Source: Nageia nagi
Taxonomy: Eukaryota; Plantae; Pinophyta
Assembly: GCA_050084985.1 (NCBI GenBank)
Contig: JBITNC010000001.1
Span: forward strand, 28,024,001 to 28,088,000
Direction: 5' to 3'
DNA length: 64,000 nt
The translations under genes and the position numbers were made by a program. This document shows positions 39,429-53,356 of this stretch, in pieces (the stretch's first letter is position 1; each line of letters starts with the position of its first letter). The notes under the pieces are model-generated. The model saw only the letters and a list, made by a program, of their open reading frames with translations. It had not been told where the DNA came from and ran no database searches.

Positions 39429-42400
39429 ACATGCATACTTTGGACCACAATTTTCACCAGTAAACATTTGTCAGCAAGTGAAAGGGTTGCCCCTTTCCAA
39501 CCTGCTAGCTTTTTCTAGATCGCTTTATTAGTGGCAACCACAAGTTTTTCCTCGATGGACTTAGAAATAGTAGCATACACAAGTAGGTAGTCAGGATGTC
39601 TTCAATCTGACAACTAAAAATCATGGCAATCTTCCTTTACCTACAAATAGGAGTATGGATGAAGAATAATTTGCTTTTGTCAAAGTTGATATTTTGCTCA
39701 GATGCCCCTTCATAGAGTTGTAGGATCCTTAAGTAATTCCTTGCTTCAACCACAGAAGCTTTTCCTACAATGATTGTACCATCCACAAACTGACTATGAG
39801 TGCTTATAACTAGCACATCAGATGGTTTAATGTCTTCAATTTTGCCAATCCTCCTGCATTCCCCAATCCTTCTTCCTAGGGCCTCTGCCATCATTATGAA
39901 TAGATATGGAGAAATTGGGTTGCCCTGCCTAAGCCCCCTTTTTGACTGGAAGAAGCCGGAAGCCTTTCTGTTGATCAGAACAGAGAACGAGGCCGTAGAT
40001 ACACAATGATTAATCCAAGATTTCCAGATTGTAAAAAACCTAAATTTCTCACATATCCTATCCAAAAAGGTCCAGTTGACCCTAACTTTTTTCATGTCCA
40101 GTTTCAAAAGAAAAATCTCAACATTCTTTGTCTATACAGTGTGCAATACCTTGTGCATCTCAATGATCCCATCAACAATCTGTCTCCCTTGAACAAATCT
40201 TCCCTATTCTGGAGATATAAGTTGAGGGAGGATCAACTTCAATCTGTTAGCCATTGTTTTAGTAACGATCTTGTATACCACATTACACAAACTGATTGGA
40301 TGGATCCGCTTGTAGTCTTTTGCATCCAAGACTTTGGGAATTAATGCCAAAAAAGTAGCATTCCAATCCTTAAGGATTTGTCCAATGGATTGGATTTCTC
40401 TTACTGCCTCAGTGACCTTTATGCCCACAATCCCCCATAATTTCTGAAAATATTCTACGAGTAAACCATCCTGACCTAGGAATTTGATATAGGCCATGGA
40501 AAAGACTATGTTCTTGACTTCCAAACCAGAGAAACGCATGGTGAGTCTCCGCTTGCTCTTCAGTCACCACCTTTGGGATATTTTCCAAAATGTCCTCCAT
40601 CTAGGCATTGTCAAGTTCTTCTTCCATGGATAACAACTATTGGAAGAAACTAAGATCAGTCTCTTTTATTTCCTTAATGTCTTGCGTGAGTTCTCCCTAC
40701 GCATTTTTAATTTCCAGAATATTGTTTTTTGTTCTATGCTTAAAGGTGGTCAGCTTAAAAAATAGTGTTACATTCACCTTCTTGAAGCCATGTTATTCTC
40801 AATTTCTATCTCCATTTCATTTCTTCCCTCACTAAAGTGTTATGAAGGTCGCATAGCACTTCCTTCTCTTCCTTTCTGATATCTTCTGACAATCCTACGG
40901 GTTCCATTCTCTCCCCAATTTCAGAGATTCTTGCTTTCAATTGTTCCTTCTTTTCCTCGATTCTGCCATTGCTTGATCCTTTCCTCCAATTTTGGATGAC
41001 TCAACCACATGTTTTCAAATCTGAAGGGACTATGCTTGGCATCATAGTTCTTTATGTCAAGTAAAACCGCATTATGATCTGACCCTACTCGCAGCAGAGC
41101 CTGTAGTTGATATTGAGGGAATTCATGAATCCATTTTTAGGATACCAAAAACCTATCCAATTTGCTCATTATTAGCTTCCCCCCTATTTGCCTATTGATC
41201 CAGGTGTACTTAGTTCCATGGATTCTTAGGTCTGATAACCCTATGTTAATTAAAAAATTCCTAAGATCATTCATCCCACACAGTTGTGGCCCATCTAAAA
41301 CTCCTGCCAACTTTTCCTCTAAGCATAATGGGGAGTTGAAGTCTCCTGCAAGAATCCATCTTTCATCCTCCCTGTCCTTGAGGATAACTTAAAAGAGCTT
41401 TCCATAGTTTCCTTCTCTCTAGCAGTTTGTTTGGCGCATAAATATTTATAGTATTCAGCTTCTTTTTGGAAGCTTTGTGGGTAAGTGTCATCCTAATGAA
41501 GTTTGCATTTACTTTCATAATGGAACCATTAAAGAGTTCTAGATTCCAAAAAGATAGGATTCCCTCTACATTCCCCGAAGCAGGGACGTATGGCATCTCT
41601 GCTTGAACCCAAATTCTTCGTTTAACCATTTTAGCTTGGCCTTGTTGACTTTTGTTTCCTGCAGGAACACAAATCAAGCTTCTGCTTCCTACAAATCTCT
41701 CGCAGAACCTTGCTTTTTGAGGGGGCATTCAACCCCCACACATTCCATGAGAGAACTATCATTGAGCACTCGACATCAAGGGTGCTCTACTCCTGAAGGT
41801 ATCCAAAGTGTCTTACTTACCATCTGCTATGTTCCTTACTATTTACTTCATTCGTACCTCTCCCAATGTTGGTCTTCTTTTTGTTGAGCTTTTGGTAACT
41901 ATTTGTCCATAAGACTTTGTTTCTTTTACAATTGTGCCATTTGAGTTTGAGGGGCTCTTTCTTTTCCTCCTTTTACCTTCCACATTCTTCCATTTTTCAT
42001 TCAAATTTGCAAAAATTATCCTTCTGTAATCATCACTGCATTGCAATTCAAAACATTTTCCACCTAATTATCATCCTCATCCTCCTCACTCGCCTCATCT
42101 CCTCGATTATCCTAATGAATTTCCCCTTTTTCAGGAGCTTCTCCTTCTGCTATTTCCTCTGGTTGAGCCTCCTCCTACGGTTTTTTGGGTCTTGACTCCT
42201 TTTCTCACAATACTCTCTTCGGGCACAATTTCAAAATGACCAACTTGATTACATAGAGAACAGAGACAGTTATTATTCTCATACCATAGCTCTTGTTCGA
42301 CATCTCTGGTTTTGGCCTCCGATGTAATTGACTTTGGAAGTTTGACTCTGAATTCCACCATGACACAGAATCTCGCCATAACCATTCTTGAACAAGCTTT

Positions 42401-44321
42401 GGTCACTCAATCCATTGTTACAAATCTTCCAAAAGAATTCCCAATTCCTTCAAAGACCTTCCGATGCTAAAGATCAAAAGGAAGGTTTGGGAGAGTTACC
42501 CAGATAGGCACTCTCATTATCTATGCCCGTAATGGATTGAAACTAGGCCTCCATCGTTCAAGGAACAATCCCCTATTACCAAAGAACCAAGATGAGCTCA
42601 AGATCTCATTTCGATCCTCTTGATTGCTTAAGGCAAAGAGCATATAATCGTTAGGCAACACAACAATATTCAAACTCCCGCGAAGTTTTCATTTGAATTT
42701 TGCCCATCTCCGGACATCGTCAATGTTCGGTCTTGCTCCCTTAATTTTTCCGATCAAACTCAGCCTACCTCTTTCCACGATTTGGTCACTGATTGCCCGA
42801 GGGATCTTAAGTTTTAATTTCCCATCGTTCGAAGTTGTAGCTCTTAATGGGGGACCAAGATCCACCTTCTCCTCCTGATAGAACAATTCTCTCCAAGCTT
42901 TCTGATTCTCCATGTTATCTCCTCATTCACTCACCGTAACCCAAGCGAATCATCAATCAAACAAAAGGAGACAAAAGCGAAAAATCCTAGCGAATTCTAA
43001 GGTTGCAAAGCGCATTCATTTTCCATGCAAATTTGCAAGTTATCAACAGCCAACTATTGCAAATTTTTTTCACTTGTCAATCTTTAAAGTTTAAAATTTA
43101 AACTAGAATTTCAAGCATTTTTTTAAAGATTCCATATTTAAAAAAATGTAAGATGATATTAAATTATGGCTGTATAGACTACATCAAATAGCTGAGAATA
43201 GATAAGATATCAAATAAGCAATTAATGTATGTACAAGGGGGTGTGAAGAGAAAGGGCTTGACGGTGCAAGGTGGCTGTCCATTGCCTTTCAAGTTTAAAA
43301 CATGTTCAAGACAACTGGGATCCTTTTCCTGACCTGTTAAAACCTGGCATTATATGATATTTACATTGGTCACATGGAAACATCCTTCAATGGATTACAC
43401 AGAATTTGATGGAAAAAAAAAATCTTCTACAACACCATTTGGAATGCCATGTTATGAATTACTGCCGTGCACATTTCAGTAAAACACTGGAATATTTTGC
43501 CCACCCTAGATGTGAAACTCAGACTCTGCCAATAATTGACGAGATTGAAACTTTTTGAAGACTTGGCCTTGGAAAATATCTAAGGAAAGGAAAAAGCAGA
43601 TAAAACTGAAAACATAATAATTTTGTAATATAGATAAAACTCAGGAATATATTCCAAAATATGTGAGTTTTCTTGGTACCACTTGATTGATGCAACTCGA
43701 CAAAAAATTCAGCTATGCAGAGTTTTGAAGCATAGGTATCTGACTCAAACTCAGAAAAATGTGAACTTGGCAAAACAAAACCAAAGAAAAACATATTTTG
43801 ACACAAAAAAAAGTTTTTCTTCTTTTTTTACATCAGCAGAGTCAAATTGCAAATAGTCGAGAGTTTTTCAATACAACTAGCAGTTTTCGGAGAAAAAATT
43901 GCCAAGTCAATCAGTGGTTATTCGTTTCTGCTCACTCACCTCAGGACTCACAATTTTCTGCAAGTACAAGGAGATATTGACTACTACATCACAGAGTTTC
44001 ATAACAATGGTCCCCACCACCTCTTGCCATATCCAGTGCGTCTAGCATATACTAGTTGTACAAAGCAAGTCGTGACAAAAAGAATCCACAATGATGACTG
44101 TTATTTATCAGCAACATAAAACAGCCCTACTCAAAAATAAACAAACATGTTTACAAAAGATACAAACTTTCACATCCAAAGATATTGAATATTACCATGA
44201 ACAATAAACTCTCTACAAAAAGCACTTTTACCTGAATTGATGTTAACATTTGTTTGTCAAATAAGAATCATGGGCAGAGAATAAGAATTACAAGTAAAGT
44301 TGCCTTTTATTTATATAATAC

Positions 44322-44587
44322 CTGGTGTGCTTGTTGGCACATCTAAAGGTATAGGAGACGATTGTGTACTGTAAAACCCAACAGTCTTATCAGCAGTTCT
44401 TATCTCGTTGTAATTATCAGTTGAAATGCTCTTAAGGCTCTTATGATTTGAAGCCAAAAGACTTATGGTGGCCCTGGTTCCCTTATCTTGTGGCAAATAT
44501 GCTTCTCCATGACTCAATTTTATCATTCCAGAAACATCTGGCTCCAATATCGAACCTGCAACCTCTATTTGGCTGTCTACTTGACCA
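44322..44587 (-). CDS. TIC236: TIC236 exon, 266 nt
   Basis: GQVDSQIEVAGSILEPDVSGMIKLSHGEAYLPQDKG...; cacag / GTATTA, phase 2/1, consistent with neighbours. Confidence 0.92.
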
Positions 44588-44853
44588 CTGTGATCAACAA
44601 AACCAGATCAATTACTTTTGTATCTTGAAACGTCCCAAAGATGCTTAGCCCTAGTAACACTCAATAGAAAAATTAAGCATATACACAATTTTCTAATATG
44701 CTGATCATAAGGTATTAGAATTTTCCCTTTAGGAATAGCATCTACATTGTCAGATAAAAAGAGTATCCAATTATGGGTTGCAACTTACTATCCTTGAAAG
44801 AAAAAGCAAAAATGATTTTTGCAGGTGTGAAATCGAGTGACACTACAACACAC

Positions 44854-45134
44854 CTGAATACGTTTTTGGCTCTTACTTCCAGGATCTCTGTTTTCATTTC
44901 AATCTTATCTCCAGAAAATATTTTGCTACTTCTCAATGGCAACTTTCCCTTGACTAGCAAGCGCCCCTTTCTACCAACTCGCCCTTCCAAGCCATTAATG
45001 CATAACTGATTGCTCTTGACATTAAATGTGCCTCCAAAGTTTGAAAGTGCTGTTGCAAGCACTGGTGAATACACAGATGCCCTATGAAATGTTGCAGCTC
45101 CATCAAAAATAGGCTGATCCACAGTTCCCCTAAC
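44854..45134 (-). CDS. TIC236: TIC236 exon, 281 nt
   Basis: VRGTVDQPIFDGAATFHRASVYSPVL...LEVRAKNVF; atcag / GTGTGT, phase 0/2. Confidence 0.93.
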
Positions 45135-45699
45135 CTGATAAGAACATTTACTGCAAGTCAGTTTAAAGCCAAAATATATTCATTAAGAATAACATTTATT
45201 TGTTATTCATATCTTGAGAATTGGAAAGCAATGATGTCAAAAGTCTCTAGGACTCATCTTAGTCAATCACAGTAACATCTTACTGAAACTCATAATTAGC
45301 TAGCTTTACACTTCAATTTCTAAGTTTTGGTTAATTTAATGAGTATCAATTATAGTTGCAAAACTCATGATTGGCAATTTAATGACAAGCCCTGAAAAAA
45401 CATTAAGTGGGTATATAATATCAGTTAATCAGCATTATAAATATACGTATCTGATAAGTTAAAACATGAAAGAACCAAAATACTGATTGATAATACGTTC
45501 TTTCAAATTGTGTGCCCATAATTTGATTAAGTTTTTCAATATTTTCCAATTCACCATACATTTTCTAATAATTCATGATTTTTGAATAAATTGACAGACA
45601 TCTGTACCAAGGGATGTCTTCACAACACATGGGCTTTGATGAGGACTTGATAGATCTCATTCTTCTTCTCCTCCAACAAAAGTTCCACAAGCACTACCC

Positions 45700-46900
45700 C
45701 GAAGATCTCTCTCCATGGCAGAGTGCACCTACTTGCCCTCCCCTGGAAGATAATGTCAATTCATAAAATCAAACAAATTGTCAATTTATAAAGTAGGATA
45801 ATGTCGCCGATAAAGAGGAGGATAGGCACCCAACTGCCATGAAGGAGGCAACCTAACTCAAGGTCTCTAGGATAAAGGACTCCAACTCATCAATGTACAA
45901 GTCAAATAAAGTTGGAGAGAGAGGGCACCCTGCTTCACCCCAATCTTGTTAAGGATACTATCTAAATATCCCTCTGTAGTACAAATGCAGACTGAAAGAG
46001 TCTCATACAAAGTCAATATAGTTCTGAGTCCAATATATGGTACTCCCAACCATCGAAGTCCATATATGAGTTTGTATCAAGGAACCGTGTCGAAGACCTT
46101 CTTGAAGTTCACAAAGCAACGAATGACTAGGGAGTTTCAAAATCTAGCCTCCTCTATGATCGCTTTGAGAGTGAAAATATGGCTTGTGGTGCATTGATCC
46201 CTACACAAACCTACCTATCCTCCTTTGAATGCTCTAACATCGGCCATTTAGGAAAAGTACTCCTAAATGATTGTGGCATATAGCTTGGCCAAGGTGTGAC
46301 CAATCATGATGGTACAGTAGTTGCTTGATTCATTAGGGTCATCAGATTTTAAGATGGGATGTATGATATTTGAGTTTCAAAAAGAACGGAAACACAAGCA
46401 AATGACATTGTTGAAGGGCTTGGAAAGGAAGGGGAAAGGAAGAATTTAGCATGCTTGAGTAACTTAGTGTAAAGGTTCAATGTTTGGGGCTTTACCAAAA
46501 TTAAGTTTTTGGATGGTGATGTGGGCAAGGGGAGGAGAGAAGTCCGAGAAGAGGGAAAGAAAGAGGTGGAGGGATGGATTTTTTCTAGAGACATGGTATA
46601 AGCAAGTTGTGTACTCCTTCCAACAATGGATTGTAATGGAGTTTGAGGTGCGTTTTATGGGCAAGAAGAAATGCCAAAAGGATTTGGGGTTGGAGAAAAC
46701 ACAAGAAAGGACCTCTAATTTCCTTTTGGCTGTGAAATGGTGTTTCTTAATTCGAAGGAGGCATCCGTAGGAGTCGTGTAAGGCGTAAGTGGAAGAGGAC
46801 AAAGGGACATGTGCAATGGCTCAAAGCAAGTGGCGGTGAGAATCTTTACAATCAATGTCAAAACAACTATTCATTAGGCAATATCCTAGGGTAGGAAGCA
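45700..46900 (-). mobile_element. Non-L1 LINE (RTE/RTEX-like) ORF2 fragment
   Basis: HPILKSDDPNESSNYCTIMIGHTLAKLYA, FVNFKKVFDTVP, IGVKQG; clearly similar to the copy at 62.5-63.6 kb. Confidence 0.75.
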
Positions 46901-47908
46901 AAGAGTGGGTTTTCATTTTAATGAATAAATGATCTCTCATTGGGCTCTTTATCGTAAGGTGTATTCTTTGTTTATGGATGTCTCTTACAAATCATTTCAA
47001 CGCAAGAGGGGAAGATGTCCTTAACCCTAGAACTTTCTTTTTTCCATTGGATTGTATTGTCAGCCTCATTGACCTATTTTTTGGTCACTCATGAACATTA
47101 ATATATATTTCTATTTCTATTTTCTCTTCTATTTCTATTTTTTCTTAACAAAAAAAAAACTTTCTTTAACGTTTTTTTGGTCTAAAATCTTTTTTAAAAC
47201 CCTCTTCTCCTTGATAACGAATCATTCTCCAAAGGGTAGTGCAAAAGGTCGTGCCTTTTTCACTTGAACACCACAGGCAGAACAAATAGTTTGGAGAGGA
47301 GACAAAGTTGTGGTGGCTGCAGAAATCACAGCCAGGTAGATTCTTGCTTTGAAAAAAGTGATTTAGATGTGACTACAGCAAAAGATATTGAAACAGGAAG
47401 TTTTGTTTTGCGAACAAATGAAGGATAGAATGTGTAGAAACTATACAGTTCAATATGTTCAAAAATTTGAGTCTCTAAATTTCTGTGCAGTAGATAATCT
47501 GAAATTGAACTCTAATACCAATTGAAGTATAAATAGAAGAATTCAATATATAAATAATGATAGGTATATAAAGAAATAAGATAAGATAATAATGAGGAAT
47601 GAATCCACCCAATGTAAATATATATGAATGGGTGTCATAAGAGAAACAACCGTACCTAACACACACCATTGATAGTAATTAGAATCATAACAGATGTTGA
47701 CAGAAACCACATCTTTTATGTTTTTTTCAGTTCACCTACCTTTTTCCCATTTCAAAGGATCCATTACAAATAATCAAAAAACAATAAAGGGGTGCTATGC
47801 TTTTGCAAATGAGAAGTCTAACAATGAAGAGAACATGAACACAAACGTGTATGTGTATAATTGCATCCATGAATAAGAAATATCCTACAACAATAAGGAA
47901 ACACACAC

Positions 47909-48736
47909 CTGTAAGTTAATGTCAGCGCTGCCTTGATGCCACTTAACATAAGGAGACAATGCAGTAATTAACATCATGCCACCATCTTTAACAGTCGCAT
48001 CTACCTTAACTGCACCTGTCTCCATTAAGTTCCAATCCAAAACCTTCGAGCTTTCAGTCAGATGAACTTCCCAGTCTTCTTCTCCTCTCTCTCTATGAAA
48101 CTTGTTTCCATTGACATCACTTCCACCCGTGATTTTTCCCTTATCTCGCATCCACCGCACAACCCACATTGGTCTGCTTGTTTCTCTCTCGGTATCCTCT
48201 TCAACTACTGCATCAGCTCCCAAACGGGACACAGGAAGGCTACCTATTACGTGTACATGGCCAGTCTGTATTACAGGTTCAAAGTTTGCATCAAATACAA
48301 AGCGATTGGCTGACGTGATTGAGGCTACTATCTCAGCCCGTTTTATGTCAACACCTCCAATAGCTCCATCAAGAAGTCTTACTTGTACATCACACTCTGG
48401 CTTCACTGTGCTTCCCCTTAAATCTCCTTCCATATGTAAAATACCCTTTATAGGACTTAAAGGTGCCCATGAATAAGGGACCGGAGTCATAGCTGAAGAC
48501 TCGAAGACCTGTAATAAAGTAGGGACCAACCCAAAAGGAAAGTTTAGAACAGCAAAATGAAGATTAGGTCGTGGCCCCAATAAATTCCCATCTGCATGAA
48601 TAGTCACTTTGTCCCTTTGTATGAAGATTTTATCTAAATGAAAACCATCATTATTACTGTAACTACCAACTGCAACAACTCTTTGTGTCTTATAAGCTCC
48701 CCACTCCCAATCTTCCCCGTGAAAATCAAAATCTGC
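47909..48736 (-). CDS. TIC236: TIC236 large exon, 828 nt
   Basis: ADFDFHGEDWEWGAYKTQR...PIKGILHMEGDLRGS...SADINLQ; tacag / GTGTGT, phase 0/0. Confidence 0.96.
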
Positions 48737-50319
48737 CTGTACATGTCCACACATTAAATGTTAGAATCAAAGTGAAGCAGCAGCATATGAAAAGACGTGC
48801 TAGTAAACAAACTTCATTCAATTTGAGTCATGTAGCCAACTGCCCTCAGAACTAAAATTTTCAAAATATTGGTCTTACAATATTGTAAATCAGCTACCTA
48901 ATACTTACAAATAATATCATAACAACTAATAAGAAGCACAAGAAAAGCTCACACCTATCACATAATGCATATTTAGGACATGCGATGAATTGATGAACAG
49001 AAATCAAAGAAAGATATTTTGTATTTATAACCCATGATCCCCATCTCTTATGCAAATCTGCAATCACTAAAGCACTACAAAAAGTCTCGCACAGTCGAAT
49101 TCATTGAACATTTAGCTGTATTCTTCCCTAATGAGACAAAAAAATGCACAAATCTCCAGCCTCTCTTTGTGAGATATAGAAGAAGATTGTCTAACACAAT
49201 TAAAATATTTCATCGATAAATGAGATTCTGTAGGTATAGTCAACATATATTAGTAAATGTCAAGTAGAAAGCTGTTTTATTTCTATGTTCTAGAAGTTTA
49301 TATTAACCAAAGAAATCAACCATACAAAGAGAAAGGAAGTATTTTTTCTCAAACAAAAAGTTCAACAACACAACTATATTTAGGCTTGCTCTACTCAAAA
49401 ATACTTTAGCATTTACAATCCTTGACTTTTTCTATCTTTACCTATTAAGTTGACCATTCCCACTGTTCAATACAGTGGACATGAAAGATTCCCTCAAACT
49501 ATGATAAATTATCTATTCATAATATAAGAGGAGACAAGCAAATGGATGCAAGAGAGGGGGAGCATTATATCACCTTATTTAATGTAATAAGGATAAATGA
49601 ATCAAGGGGTTTAAATTCACTGTATATAAATTTTGTGTAGTTATATAGCTAGGGATAACAATTTATGATCATTCATTTTGTTAATCAGAAACATAATTGT
49701 GGACTAGACTCAAATGAACTATTTTCCATTTGTATGATACTTTAATTCATAATGATATGTTCAATGCTCAATTACATACAACTTATACTCATGTTTTAAG
49801 TCTGCATTTTATACTTTTATAATAAAACAATAGCCATTAATATAATTTCATTCTTACTTCCTACAGGCTGTTCATGCTCAACAAGTGCCAGTAATGTGTA
49901 AGTGACGTAAAGAACCTTTACCAAAACATGAACTTAAAATTCTTAATATAATGTTCTTCCACAAAGAGGAAATGAAAAAAACTTAAGTCATTAAGGTCCA
50001 CAAGTGACCAAAACAGGTCAACAAGACTCAAGAAGAAACACATAAGGTACATGTCATTATTTCAGACCAAAGTGAAACACTAAAACAAAGAATACAAGAT
50101 TAAAATTAACCAAGCTGATGTATAATACAAAAAATGTCTAAAAGAGCATGTCAGAACCATTAAAGCAATTAACACAAAGAAAGTCCTCGAACCTAAAAAA
50201 TACTGAAATGCTGTTGTAAAAGCCACACATTCAACATCACTCGTCCCAAACACACCAATACAAGAACTGATGATGCTCATAGCACTGTAGACAAATTTAA
50301 GTATGTTCAACTACACTAT

Positions 50320-51488
50320 TGTAAGATCACAATCACAAACTCAAGTGCAAATTAGCAATTTCAACCAAGCAAACACCCATGTCTAGCCTAGAAGTGCAAA
50401 TACAAGCTTCAACTACCTCACAATGCCAACGTTAGGTCTAGGGCATCCAAAACAAGCTTAAATAACACAATAATGCCAACGTCTGGCTCATACATGCATG
50501 AATGGACAATTACAACACAACGTTGCAATAATGGACAAGTACACAAGATAATATAAGATCCAAATGCCCAATGGCTGTATTAATGATGTATAATGAACAA
50601 TGATACAATACCAAGCCCATAGGGCTCAATGTTGGCCTCCAAGGAGCCAACTAGGGAAAAACGTCTAGACAAATGTGATCAATGCTGGAATGGCGGAACA
50701 ATGGATAGGACAGCCTCACTCCCTCAAGCCTGGATGTTCTGCTGCAGAACTCCCATGCTTGGAAACCACTGAAGGTAGATCAATAGGATCCCTCAGCCTG
50801 TTAACCCTCCTAGATGTTGCACCTAGGGATGTGCTTGACGTTGTGCCAAGACTTGTGTCCATTGGACGGTATGAGCAATAATATCAAATCAGTATATCCA
50901 ACAATGATGCTCCAAGGTCTAATATAGCTCACCCTGTATCTGGAGCTCACCTCAAAGTCATCGCCGAATCTTTCTGGTCCAACGTTGGCTTTCTAGAAGC
51001 CCCACAAACCCTAATGATGGTGCCTAGGGGTCACTTGAAGCCCAATGTGGGTATTTGGGCCTCACTTATGCCCCATGTGGGTCTTAAGATGGCATGTATG
51101 GGTCAACGAGGCATCCGTGGGTGTCTAGAAGGCATGCATGGGTGTAATGGGCCAACGTGGGGGTCTAGGAGTCTCCATAAGGTTGGTGCAGCTCCCAATC
51201 TCAAAGTTGGGGCCATTAGGTGATTATCCATGCTCTAGTAGTATCTAAGTGCTAAATAAGCCTTGGGATTCCCACAATAACTTTTCTGAATGTCCAAGTA
51301 CATTTAATCACACTAATCTATGCTTGGTAGAGAGACATCCCACTTGGGACTCATAGTGGGGTACAACGGACCTTAATGTTTTCGATCCCAAGTAATAACA
51401 CTAAGAGTCGATTAAATAAATAGATATGTACAAAGAGGAATCCGTAGGATTCCATATTGAATTACAATAATCAAAGAGGGACATCACA
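50320..51488 (-). mobile_element. Solo LTR of the LTR-A family
   Basis: TGTAAG...ATCACA termini; perfect TSD ACTAT (50315-50319 / 51489-51493); colinear with the element A LTRs. Confidence 0.93.
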
Positions 51489-51884
51489 ACTATCCACCCT
51501 CAAAGGGTGCATCTAATGACCTATTGAGAAGCTCCTAACATCCAAGATCAATGGATTGCACTAGATAATATGTCAACAATGTGTGTCTATTAAGACTACC
51601 CAACCAATACTTGAAACGGGAAGATGACCCATGAGAAGATGATGCATAACTTTATTATTACCAAAAAACCAAGTAGCACTAGAATCAATATCTATGGTTC
51701 TCAAACACCTGTGATAAAAGCAAAGGATGTGATTAATCTAGCATCTTCAGAACACTTCAATGGTTCATCATTTGTAAGTAATCAATTTCTAAATATATGG
51801 AGCAACCAGTGTAACAAAAGAAATCAGAAAGTAACACTTGTGAGCCTTTGAATAAGCCAGAGCATGTTCCTAAGATGTCATAAT

Positions 51885-52210
51885 CATAGTAGTCAAATTC
51901 TCCGAATCTAGAGACTACTCACAAGCAATCTTGCCAAGTCAATCAAATTGAGTAATCATATTCAAATCATAAGTTTTTGAGGTTGACTAAACTTTGACCA
52001 TGTTTATGTCAGTTTTGTATTTGACTCATGAGTTTTTGCCAAGTTTTTCTTGGAGAGTCATGAGTTGTATAGAATTATTTGAAGAAATATTTTTTATTAT
52101 TTTATATCCCCAATTTTTTGGCAGGTTATAGCCAAGTCTTTCCCAAGTGCAATATTTTACCAAGCCAAAGACGTGCCATGTTTTTGCCAAGTTTGAGTTT
52201 AACTACTATG
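51885..52210. mobile_element. hAT-type MITE
   Basis: TIR CATAGTAGTCAA / TTAACTACTATG; TSD GTCATAAT / GTTATAAT (7 of 8). Confidence 0.8.
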
Positions 52211-52899
52211 GTTATAATTTATGAAGCATTGAAAGATATTATCTTCCATATCAACTTCCTAAACAAAACAAAGATGGCAAGGCCTATAAGTCCTCAAAAA
52301 ATGGTGATTTGCTTCCATTAGCAACAAGCAGAAACATGTTCTAAGCTGGACAAGTGTGATCTAGACTCCATGAACCTAGAGTCACTATGAATAGCCACAA
52401 GTCATTGACCATAACCAAAACCAAGGATGATGCCATCGTCAATATGCAAGAAATGTTGAGCATAGAAAGCCACTTTAGACCTTGAGTTTTTGGGTTGGGT
52501 TGTTGAGATTCATGCAACCTACATATATTGTTAGTGGATATATTCTTTTAACTCGTATAATGATGACCTTATCCAATAAGAGGCAAGCCAACACATTCAA
52601 TAGGTATTTGAGAGGGGGAATTCAATCCACAAAAAATGCCAATGGGATATAGAAGAAAGCTAACTTCTTAATAGTTAATACAACCCCATGGATGTGTGCC
52701 TTGAATCCTAAATGGAACTCACTTTAATAAGAACCTAGCTAAATGACAATATCTTTCTACGTGTCTAGGGATACAACCAACCACACTCAAATTACTTATT
52801 GGGGCAAAGTTATTGATACCTCCACCTCCTACACCTAATAGGTGCTCTTCTTTGAACCCAAATTATCGATGAGGTTTGCAACGCCATGTAAGGTTTGAA

Positions 52900-53270
52900 T
52901 GGGGTATGTAGCGATATCCACCCTTGAGCAACAATGTGTCCAACTCCACTTTCAGTACATATTGTCCAAACTCCACCTATACCATACCCTTGTAAACACC
53001 ACACCTCTCTATGGTGTCGAGGTGTGGTGTCCTAACCTGTCTAATTGGTCCATAGCTGAGAAGATTCTAATTAACATGTTTTCCCGCTCCATTCAGAGTA
53101 AGAGGATCATCCCTCAACACATCATGTTCGAAAAGTTTGGTTGCCAACCCCTACAAGTGATTTCTCTTTCAACATTGGTTCTCATTTTACAGCATCTTCG
53201 TAGTCAAGCAGTATCTAGTATTAGTCAATTGTCAGCCTACAAATTATCAAAATCAAATCTAGGTTGATGG
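52900..53270 (+). mobile_element. LINE ORF2 post-RT fragment
   Basis: LYHTLVNTTPLYGVEVW motif, typical of the region after RT in non-L1 LINEs. Confidence 0.55.
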
Positions 53271-53356
53271 ATGGAGATGCTTGCGAGGGGAAAGAAAGGC
53301 AATTAAAAGTACATATCAAGTAAAAATGTCAACACTGCATAGTCAACAAGGGCTTA

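Larger units (their letters stand above)
34233..43024 (-). mobile_element. Full-length decayed L1-clade LINE (ORF1, ORF2, extra ORF3) with two nested solo LTRs
   Basis: 15-bp TSD ATGCAAATTTGCAAG (34218-34232 / 43025-43039); poly(A) at 34234-34241; ORF1 from 42913 (DUF4283-like WVTLPNLPF, CSLCNQVGH knuckle); ORF2 from 41762 (SWNVWGLN endonuclease, GLRQGNPISPYLF RT, zf-RVT CSLC..EETVDHL). Confidence 0.93.

Noticed and set aside
34128-43125. ~100-bp direct repeats flanking the L1 as LTRs or a long TSD
   Set aside because: The true TSD is the 15-mer; the longer similarity is an older tandem unit into which the L1 inserted
48062-48476. Plus-strand ORFs overlapping TIC236 exons (also 3016-3279, 44773-45009)
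   Set aside because: Antisense shadows of real coding sequence; no independent support
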